Source: a virus
Virus record (IMG/VR): IMGVR_UViG_3300045988_009883
Location: 1 to 36,480 of that record
Direction: 5' to 3' (one strand)
Length of the DNA: 36,480 nucleotides
In this document: positions 29,451-36,480 of the stretch, piece after piece
Position numbering within the stretch: position 1 is the stretch's first letter
Layout of the letters: each line of letters begins with the position of its first letter
Notes under the pieces: generated by a model
Seen by the model: only the letters and a program-made list of their open reading frames with translations
Told to the model about the DNA's origin: nothing
Databases searched by the model: none
Made by a program: the position numbers and the translations under genes

Positions 29451-29798
29451 ATGAGTTTATTGACACAAGCAATGGAAGATGTGGTAATGCTTGAAAAGAA
29501 GCGTGTACCAGATGGCGAGGGTGGCTTTACTACCAGTTGGGCGGACGGCGTACAGTTTAAGGCGGCAATCAACTTTGACAGTTCTATGGAGGCACGCACC
29601 GCAGAAAAAGCGGGTGTGACCAGCCTATATACTGTCACAGTTCCGTTGAACTGCAAGCTGGAATACCATGATACGCTCAAAAGATTGCGTGACGGAAAGG
29701 TGTTCCGGGTGACTTCTGACGGTGATGATAAAATCACGCCTCCGTCTGCATCGTTCCAGTTCGCCCAAGTAACCGCAGAGGAGTGGATTCCTGAATGA
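29451..29798 (+). CDS. Head-closure / head-tail joining protein (SPP1 gp16-like).
   Basis: 115 aa. ..DGEGGFTTSW.....F.A........E........T.LYTVT.. is the typical layout and size. Confidence 0.6.
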   Translation: MSLLTQAMEDVVMLEKKRVPDGEGGFTTSWADGVQFKAAINFDSSMEARTAEKAGVTSLYTVTVPLNCKLEYHDTLKRLRDGKVFRVTSDGDDKITPPSASFQFAQVTAEEWIPE

Positions 29799-30163
29799 CA
29801 AAAGCGGCTGCAATCTATCAATTTTGGAACAGTTTCGGCTTGACAGCATACGAGGAAAACTCGGTGCCTGATGATGCAGCGTTCCCGTATATCACCTATC
29901 AGCTTGTAACGGACAGTTTTGACCGTGAAATTCCGCTTACTGCGTCCCTTTGGTATCGAAGCGAAAGATGGTCTGGCATCAATGCCAAAACGGATGAAAT
30001 CAGCCAGAAAATCAGCCGTGGTGGGAAGATTATTCCTTGCGATAGCGGCGCAATTTGGCTGAAACGAGGTCAGCCGTTCGCTCAGAGTATGGGCGATGAA
30101 AGTGATGACCTAATCAAACGTAAATATCTAAACATTACAGCGGAGTTTATGACCGCTGACTGA
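29795..30163 (+). CDS. Tail-completion protein (putative).
   Basis: ATGA overlap. 122 aa. Positioned before the major tail gene. Confidence 0.5.
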   Translation: MTKAAAIYQFWNSFGLTAYEENSVPDDAAFPYITYQLVTDSFDREIPLTASLWYRSERWSGINAKTDEISQKISRGGKIIPCDSGAIWLKRGQPFAQSMGDESDDLIKRKYLNITAEFMTAD

Positions 30164-30177
30164 ACGGAGGGAAAAAT

Positions 30178-30765
30178 TTGAAATACACGAAAATCCCCGA
30201 AAATACATTTCAGAACATCCAGTTGAATGCCGGTGTTCTTCTTAGCTCATTTACCCCTTCGAGTGCAACTGTTTCGGACGAAGCTATTATCGGCGCTACG
30301 ACTGGCGGCATCAATTTTACTGCGACACCGACTTATATCGATTTCGGAGAAGATATCGATAATTGCCCGAAAAACATGAAGGAGCTTAAAAAGCTCGACA
30401 GTTGGGAAGCGAAGTGCTCCGGAACTTTTGTCACCGTTGACACCGCAGTCGCTAAATCTCTTATCGGTGCTGCGGACATCGGTTCCTCTGATACCACTAA
30501 GGTCACTCCGAGGAACGATCTTGCTCAGGCTGACTTCAGCGATATCTGGATTGTGGGCGACTATTCCGATAAAAACGGAGATACGAACGGTGGTTTCATT
30601 GCCATCCACATGATGAACGCTCTGTCTACGGGCGGGTTCCAGATTAAGACCGCCGACAAGGCGAAAGGCCAGTTTGCGTTCGAGTACACTGCTCATTATT
30701 CTATGAGCGCTCAGGACACCGTGCCTTTTGAGGTGTACGTAAAGGCAGGAACCGCAGAATCTTGA
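30178..30765 (+). CDS. Major tail (tube) protein.
   Basis: 195 aa. TTG start after GGAGGG. Positioned upstream of the chaperone pair and tape measure gene, with biased codon usage. Confidence 0.7.
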   Translation: MKYTKIPENTFQNIQLNAGVLLSSFTPSSATVSDEAIIGATTGGINFTATPTYIDFGEDIDNCPKNMKELKKLDSWEAKCSGTFVTVDTAVAKSLIGAADIGSSDTTKVTPRNDLAQADFSDIWIVGDYSDKNGDTNGGFIAIHMMNALSTGGFQIKTADKAKGQFAFEYTAHYSMSAQDTVPFEVYVKAGTAES

Positions 30766-30790
30766 TTAACAAGCAAATGGAGGTAAAAAG

Positions 30791-31135
30791 ATGAAACTAT
30801 CCGAATATCAGGGTGAAGCCGCCCTTGATATTTTGGCAGACCTGATTGAACCCGTTGGCGAGATTATGTCTGACAAGGAAATTGGCGAGGTATTCAAGAA
30901 AAACCGATTCAAGGCGATTGGGTTGGCTATTAAAAATCATAAAAAGGCCGTGATGCAGATTATGGCCACTATGGACGGAGTTCCGGTTGAGGAATACAAG
31001 TGCAACGTGTTCACTTTGCCTGTTAAAATTCTGGAACTCTTGAACGACCCGGATATTGTTCAGCTTTTTACCTATCAGGGTCAGACGGGGGATGCGAATT
31101 CCTCTGGCTCTGTCTCGGAGAATACCGAGGAATAA
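30791..31135 (+). CDS. Tail assembly chaperone (gpG-like).
   Basis: 114 aa, acidic. Positioned between the tail tube and tape measure genes. Confidence 0.7.
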   Translation: MKLSEYQGEAALDILADLIEPVGEIMSDKEIGEVFKKNRFKAIGLAIKNHKKAVMQIMATMDGVPVEEYKCNVFTLPVKILELLNDPDIVQLFTYQGQTGDANSSGSVSENTEE

Positions 31136-31152
31136 AAACAATCAAAGCATTT

Positions 31153-31380
31153 ATGCGGTATGCTATGGCACGCTATCAATCACAACAGCGTGATTTGGCG
31201 TACCGCATTTATGTTTCTGACTGTTTACGCATTATCAGTGAAAACACAGCCAAAATTGGCGGCGGCTCTTATATCACCGCAAAATTTTCCGATATTATCA
31301 ATCCTAAGCCCGTTGACAATCGAACTGGCGAGGAAATAGCCGCAGATATTATAAAACGGGCTGGAATTGAGGTGGTTTAG
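31153..31380 (+). CDS. gpT-like chaperone extension, probably made as a -1 frameshift fusion with 30791-31135.
   Basis: The gene is in the -1 frame relative to the gpG-like gene. That frame is open from 31027. There is no RBS before the ATG at 31153. Confidence 0.6.
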   Translation: MRYAMARYQSQQRDLAYRIYVSDCLRIISENTAKIGGGSYITAKFSDIINPKPVDNRTGEEIAADIIKRAGIEVV

Positions 31381-32981
31381 TGAATCTGTTTGAACTTTTT
31401 GTCAAAATCGGCGTTGACGATCAGGCAAGCGATAAGATTTCCAGCATGTCAAGCAAGCTCGGAAGCGGACTTGCAACGGCGGCAAAAGTTGGCGCTGCGG
31501 CTGTTGCCGCTGCTGGAACTGCTATTGTAGCAATCGGCAAACAAGCGATTGAGCAGTACGCAGAGTATGAACAGCTTGTAGGCGGCGTTGAAACGCTGTT
31601 TAAGCAATCGTCAGATGTTGTGCAGCAGTATGCCGCAAACGCTTATAAAACCGCTGGTATGTCCGCAAACGAGTATATGAACACGGTTACAAGCTTCTCC
31701 GCGTCTCTGTTGCAGTCTCTTGGCGGTGATACAGAAGCGGCTGCAAAATACGCTGATATGGCCGTCACGGACATGTCCGACAACGCAAACAAAATGGGCA
31801 CAAGCATGGAGAGCATCCAGAACGCCTATCAAGGTTTTGCCAAGCAGAACTACACGATGCTGGATAACCTGAAGCTTGGCTACGGCGGCACAAAAGAAGA
31901 AATGGAACGGCTTCTTTCTGACGCTCAGAATCTTTCCGGCGTTGAATACGACATCTCCAGTTACGCGGATATTGTGGATGCAATCCATGTTGTGCAGACC
32001 GAGATGGGCATAACTGGCACTACCGCAAAGGAAGCAAGTGAAACTATCAGCGGCTCAACGGCGGCAATGAAATCCGCATGGCAAAACATGCTTGTAGGCA
32101 TGGCGGACGATAACGCAGACTTTGGTCAGTTGGTTAACAACCTCGTTGATAGTGCTGTCACTGTGGGAGAAAACATTATCCCCCGTGTAGAGCAGACAAT
32201 ACAAGGCTTGGCAACATTTATCAGCAGCGCATCTGATACTATAATACCGCTTGTAGTTGACACTATTGTTAATAATCTGCCTATGATTATATCGGCGGGT
32301 GTTGACCTCGTTGTTTCCCTTGCTGGTGCTTTGATTGACGCTATACCCGAATTGTTAAAAGCTGTACCACAAATAATACTTGCTATTGTTAACGGGTTTA
32401 AGTCGCTTATGCCTCAAATCACAGGCATTGGTAAAAGTATTGTCACCGCTATTGGTGACGGCATAAAGAGCCTTGCTTCTGATGCTGTACAGTGGGGCAA
32501 AGATTTAATCCAGAATTTTATCAACGGACTCCTGGCAAAATGGAACGCATTAAAACAAACAGTTTCTAATGTCGCCCAAACGGTTAAGGATTTTCTGGGA
32601 TTCTCGGAACCAAAGAAAGGCCCTCTGTCCAACTTCCACACTTATGCCCCTGACATGATGAATTTGTTCATTCAGGGCATCAGGGACAACGAGAAGAAAC
32701 TGACAGACCAAATTGAAAAAACTTTTGATTTTGGAGAACGAACCATTACCGCTGGGATTTCCTATGGAAGCTATGGCGATGGTGTATTTTCTAGTGGTGG
32801 TGGATATGGTGCCGGGCAAATGTCAGTTGTGCAAAACAGCGTCCGCTCGGCTATCCGAGACGAGATTGGGAAGATTGGCATCTATCTTGATGGCAACACG
32901 CTCGTTGGGGGCATCTCTGACCGTATGAATCAGGGCCTTGGCAGCATTTACGCCGGTAACGAAAGGAGGGCGATGGCCTGA
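31380..32981 (+). CDS. Tape measure protein.
   Basis: 533 aa, Ala/Gly-rich and helical. ..ANKMGTSMESIQNAYQGFAKQNYTMLDNLKLGYGGTKEEMERLL is the common TMP core motif. GTG start overlaps the TAG. Confidence 0.85.
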   Translation: MNLFELFVKIGVDDQASDKISSMSSKLGSGLATAAKVGAAAVAAAGTAIVAIGKQAIEQYAEYEQLVGGVETLFKQSSDVVQQYAANAYKTAGMSANEYMNTVTSFSASLLQSLGGDTEAAAKYADMAVTDMSDNANKMGTSMESIQNAYQGFAKQNYTMLDNLKLGYGGTKEEMERLLSDAQNLSGVEYDISSYADIVDAIHVVQTEMGITGTTAKEASETISGSTAAMKSAWQNMLVGMADDNADFGQLVNNLVDSAVTVGENIIPRVEQTIQGLATFISSASDTIIPLVVDTIVNNLPMIISAGVDLVVSLAGALIDAIPELLKAVPQIILAIVNGFKSLMPQITGIGKSIVTAIGDGIKSLASDAVQWGKDLIQNFINGLLAKWNALKQTVSNVAQTVKDFLGFSEPKKGPLSNFHTYAPDMMNLFIQGIRDNEKKLTDQIEKTFDFGERTITAGISYGSYGDGVFSSGGGYGAGQMSVVQNSVRSAIRDEIGKIGIYLDGNTLVGGISDRMNQGLGSIYAGNERRAMA

Positions 32982-34039
32982 TGGGTAAACTTTTGACGTT
33001 TAGAATGCGCTTGCACGGCGCGAGCACGTGGGATGAGATTGTACCAGAAACCGGAAAGCAAGTAGTGATTGTGTCCGCGACTATTGACAACCCCGCAACC
33101 AAAACGGACACGGTGGACATTAACACCAATGACGGCGTGCTTGACTTTTCGGAGGCACAGGGCATCCATTACGGCAACCGCAACATTGAAGTCACCTTGC
33201 GTGAGATCGCTGGTTCCACCTATGATTTCGACGCGTTCCGCAGAAAGTACCTCGGCCAGATGGTTGACTGCCGGTTTGAGGTGACTAGCGGTTATTACTA
33301 CTATGGACGCCTGACTGACATTGTAGATAACTATCAGCAGGACTTCCGTACAATCACGCTTACGATTGACGCGTATCCTTTTAGGCGTCCAGCTGGAGGA
33401 AAAACAAAAGCAAACGTTACCGTCAACGCAGCCGGAAACCTTATGCCCGTGACATCTTCCGCTGTAATTACAACCGAAACAACAAACGGTGCGATGCAGT
33501 ATAGTTACGTGGATGATGCGTATCTCGGTAAAGACGTAGTAATTTATTTGCCAGGAAGTGTCTTTAATCCTACAAATGGTACTTTATATCTAACTGTAAC
33601 CGGGCTTGCCGCAAACAAAAAGTACAAACTTTTGTTCGCGGCTCCGACAAATGTCGGGAACATCACGATTAGAGATGCAAGTAAAACTGGCACGATTCTA
33701 AAGGGCGCTCTCAAGGATTCGGCTGAATTTACCACAATGTCAAGCACCATCGTGCTTTGCTTTAACGTGACCTTCGGAAATACGCAGTTTAATAACATCA
33801 GCCTGCTTCTTTCTGATTTCACATCCGCGCACCTTGATAACGGCGATAAGGTGGAGACGCCGACTTACGAAGCGATGACACAGGATGTTATTGTAAACGT
33901 TGGTGGAAAGCAAACCACGCTTTACGCTGGCAGCACATCGAACCCTTACTTCACAATCCCGCGTGGCGGGTGTGACATCACAGCAACGGGAGAAACTGCC
34001 GGAATCCTAAAATTGTCGTATGAACAGGAGATGCTCTGA
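32981..34039 (+). CDS. Distal tail protein (Dit-like).
   Basis: 352 aa directly after the TMP gene, with a TGATG overlap. Confidence 0.6.
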   Translation: MGKLLTFRMRLHGASTWDEIVPETGKQVVIVSATIDNPATKTDTVDINTNDGVLDFSEAQGIHYGNRNIEVTLREIAGSTYDFDAFRRKYLGQMVDCRFEVTSGYYYYGRLTDIVDNYQQDFRTITLTIDAYPFRRPAGGKTKANVTVNAAGNLMPVTSSAVITTETTNGAMQYSYVDDAYLGKDVVIYLPGSVFNPTNGTLYLTVTGLAANKKYKLLFAAPTNVGNITIRDASKTGTILKGALKDSAEFTTMSSTIVLCFNVTFGNTQFNNISLLLSDFTSAHLDNGDKVETPTYEAMTQDVIVNVGGKQTTLYAGSTSNPYFTIPRGGCDITATGETAGILKLSYEQEML

Positions 34040-35352
34040 TGTTTGTTGGATATGTAGACAACCAGCTCTTGTTTGCAACATCGCAGCCGAAAGGCAAAGA
34101 AATTATCTCTGGCACGCTGACGGACGAAATTAACTCCGTCAGCGCGCTGGAATTTACACTCCCTCCGTCAAACGACATGGCCGGGCAGATTACCCCGCAC
34201 GCGTCCGTTATCAAGCTCGAATCCGATGGCGCGGAGATCTTTCGCGGCACGGCAAACAGTGTGAGCAAAAATTTTCGTGGTGATACCGTTGTAAGCTGCG
34301 ACGGTATGATTGCTTTGATGGCAGATGTTATTCGCGCGCCTGATTCGGTATCCGGGATCAATACAAAGTATTATGTGAATTCGTTGATTACCAACTATAA
34401 CAATGGCGTTTCTGACAATCGGCATATTTCAGCTGGCATCATCGACGAATTCGGCACGTTCACGGCCGACCACAGCCAAGAGTGCAAAAATATTTTTGAA
34501 CTTTTGAAAGAGGTGCTATCTAAAAAAGGCGGCTATATCTGGGCGTCTTATGTTGGCGGGGATGTGCGCATCAATTACACCAGCACAATCGGCCGAAGAA
34601 ACAACCAGCAGATTGCTTTCGGATCAAACCTCGTGAACATTGAAGACCAGCTTGAAGTGGGAACGCTTGTCACACGTGTCTGGCCGCTCGGCAAAGAAGG
34701 TCTCACAATCGCTAGCGTAAACAACGGAATCATCTATTTGCAAAACGAAGAAGTTGAACTGCGCTATGGCCGTGTTGATAAAACAATACATGTTGACAGT
34801 GATGACCCGTCTGTTGTAAAATCGTATGGGCAGGCGTATCTAACACGGTACGCTGCAATGAACAACACAATCACTTTGACCGCGATTGACCTGCACAACC
34901 TCGACAAAACAATCTCGTCGTTTGAGGTTGGCGATTCCGTTCGAGTGCTTTCTCCTCCGCACGGAATTGACGCGGATATGGTTGTTAATAGCGTCTCTAC
35001 GGACTTGGTTAAGATTTCTAATTCGAGAATCACGCTCGGAGGGAAAAAGGGAAGCATTACAAGCGTTATTTCTTCTGGCGTCGGTTCTGGCGGTTCTGTT
35101 GGGTTTATTGGTGGAGGCGGTGGCAGCGGAAGTGGTGGCGGAGCATCTATCGTTGTTGATAGCGCGCTTTCGCTCACGTCCACAAATCCGGTTGAAAACA
35201 AGGTTATCACTGCCGCACTGGCCGGAAAAGCCAGCACAGCTACGGCAACGCAGTCAGCGGCTGGCCTGATGTCTGCTGCGGACAAGACCAAGCTGGACGG
35301 CCTGACTGCCATGACGGCCGACGAGATGCGCGCAATCTGGAACGCGAATTGA
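34039..35352 (+). CDS. Tail-associated (Tal-like) minor structural protein with a Gly-rich linker and a fibre-type C-terminal repeat.
   Basis: 437 aa after Dit. GVGSGGSVGFIGGGGGSGSGGG, then SALSLTSTNPVENKVITAAL and AAGLMSAADKTKLDGL. The same motifs recur in the next gene. Confidence 0.6.
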   Translation: MFVGYVDNQLLFATSQPKGKEIISGTLTDEINSVSALEFTLPPSNDMAGQITPHASVIKLESDGAEIFRGTANSVSKNFRGDTVVSCDGMIALMADVIRAPDSVSGINTKYYVNSLITNYNNGVSDNRHISAGIIDEFGTFTADHSQECKNIFELLKEVLSKKGGYIWASYVGGDVRINYTSTIGRRNNQQIAFGSNLVNIEDQLEVGTLVTRVWPLGKEGLTIASVNNGIIYLQNEEVELRYGRVDKTIHVDSDDPSVVKSYGQAYLTRYAAMNNTITLTAIDLHNLDKTISSFEVGDSVRVLSPPHGIDADMVVNSVSTDLVKISNSRITLGGKKGSITSVISSGVGSGGSVGFIGGGGGSGSGGGASIVVDSALSLTSTNPVENKVITAALAGKASTATATQSAAGLMSAADKTKLDGLTAMTADEMRAIWNAN

Positions 35353-35365
35353 AAGGACTGATAGT

Positions 35366-36480
35366 ATGGACGAATCCACATACGTAGGGCCGACCGCGGC
35401 CGCGAAACTTGCTGCGCTGGCAAAGGCGGAGCTGGGCAAAAAGGCTGGAAAAGACGTCGCCACGTCCGAAGCTGACGGCCTTATGTCTGCATCTGACAAG
35501 AGCAAACTTGATGGTATCGAGTCCGGGGCAAACAAAACCATCGTGGACGCGGCGCTGGATGCGTCCAGCACGAATTCAGTGCAGAACAAGGCCGTCAAGG
35601 CGGCGCTGGATGGCAAGCTGTCAACGCGGGGTGGCGAAATTTCTGGCTATCTGGAGGTCGGTCAGACAGTCAGCGCCGAGGGATCTGTATCTGTTGGCAG
35701 GACGAGCTCCGATAGCGGCATCCACTTTGAGAAAGCGGCTTCTGACGCTGGGCGCATTTCGCATGGCATGGCTGGCGTCGACGATACGGTTCCGCTTGCC
35801 CGACTGAAAGTGGCTGCCCCGACCGAGGATGACGACGCGGCGACTAAGGCGTATGTAGATAACAACGCTGCCGGGACTGGCGCGGTTAGATACGATGCTA
35901 CGCAGACGCTGACTTTTGAGCAGAAACAACAGGCGCGCAAAAATATTGAGGCGGCGGATAGCGTAATGCCTACCATTACTGGCGGTGTGTCACTGTGCCC
36001 GGCAAACGTTACGGATAGCAACACGGCAGTTCATACTACGACCACAACTGCCGGAGGCGATGATTTCACTCTCACGCTTGACGGCGGACCGGAAAATTCG
36101 CTTGTGCGTGTGAAAGGAATCAGAACGCCAACTGATGCAGACACCGACGCGGCCGCGACCGTCAAATACGTTAAGGAAAAAATCGCAGAAGTCGCTGCGA
36201 GCGGCGGAGTGGACGTGGATAATGCGTTGTCGGCTACATCTACCAACCCCGTCCAAAACAAAGTTGTGACTTCCGCCTTGAACGGCAAAGCCGGTACCGC
36301 AGTGGCTACACAGTCAATCAACGGCCTGATGTCCGCTGCCGATAAGAAAAAATTGGACGGGATCGCGTCTGGCGCGACCAAAGTCACTATTGACAGCACT
36401 ATGTCCGGGTCATCAAACAACCCAGTCGCAAACCATGTCGTCAAGCAGTACGTCGATGACAAGGTGGCTGCTGCTGGCAG
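35366..36480 (+). CDS. Tail fibre / receptor-binding protein, 5' part (no stop in the window; continues at 56-767).
   Basis: ATG at 35366. My translation: MDESTYVGPTAAAKLAALAKAELGKKAG... with repeated STN(P/S)VQNK.V and GLMSA.DK.KLDGI motifs. The frame is open to the window end, so the gene is absent from the ORF track. Confidence 0.8.
   Translation, partial: MDESTYVGPTAAAKLAALAKAELGKKAGKDVATSEADGLMSASDKSKLDGIESGANKTIVDAALDASSTNSVQNKAVKAALDGKLSTRGGEISGYLEVGQTVSAEGSVSVGRTSSDSGIHFEKAASDAGRISHGMAGVDDTVPLARLKVAAPTEDDDAATKAYVDNNAAGTGAVRYDATQTLTFEQKQQARKNIEAADSVMPTITGGVSLCPANVTDSNTAVHTTTTTAGGDDFTLTLDGGPENSLVRVKGIRTPTDADTDAAATVKYVKEKIAEVAASGGVDVDNALSATSTNPVQNKVVTSALNGKAGTAVATQSINGLMSAADKKKLDGIASGATKVTIDSTMSGSSNNPVANHVVKQYVDDKVAAAG
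36426..36480. repeat. Exact 55-nt terminal direct repeat, copy 2.
   Basis: Identical to positions 1-55. Confidence 0.95.

Noticed and set aside
34764-35616. Minus-strand ORFs of 219 and 120 aa, plus alternative + frames such as 34886-35269 and 35409-35807.
   Set aside because: They lie inside the Tal-like and tail-fibre genes. GC-rich, stop-poor sequence generates long spurious frames. The chosen frames carry the conserved fibre motifs.

Overview
The window is a complete, circularly closed dsDNA phage genome. The first 55 nt are identical to the last 55 nt, so the unique length is 36,425 bp, and one tail-fibre gene runs across the window ends. All genes but one are on the + strand. Signals suggest a siphovirus of a Firmicutes/Clostridia-type host: GGAGG ribosome-binding sites, TTGACA-17-TATAAT promoters, a phi-LC3-type holin and a family-2 amidase endolysin. 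I cannot assign host or taxonomy without a database search.

Gene order:
- Tail-fibre C-terminus, then a lysis cassette (818-2381).
- Metallophosphoesterase, DUF4406-like protein and a sigma-region-4-like regulator (2444-3733).
- An unexplained six-gene accessory module (4345-7301).
- The only minus-strand gene, an MT-A70 DNA methyltransferase (7347-7895).
- Early, recombination and replication genes (8081-20434): Sak4-like ATPase, DUF669 SSB, GIY-YIG nuclease, CHC2 zinc-finger protein, DUF927 helicase, CoiA-like nuclease, ThyX-like protein and many small zinc-ribbon proteins.
- One tRNA (20496-20570).
- Packaging, head and tail genes (20598-36480), interrupted by a Cys-rich moron, an HNH homing endonuclease and a glycosyltransferase placed directly after the major capsid gene.

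I found no integrase, repressor/Cro switch, CRISPR array, rRNA or transposase.

Observations most worth follow-up:
- The 4345-7301 module of Q-rich, CCC-motif, BclA-C-terminal-like and Arg/Gly/Tyr-rich proteins.
- The capsid-adjacent GT-A glycosyltransferase.
- An iteron-flanked AT-rich origin-like region (14037-14174).
- A promoter-hairpins-terminator cassette in front of the primase-like gene.
- A tRNA with an unusual anticodon loop, bracketed by 12-nt direct repeats.

All functional calls come from motif recognition by eye and need profile or structure searches.
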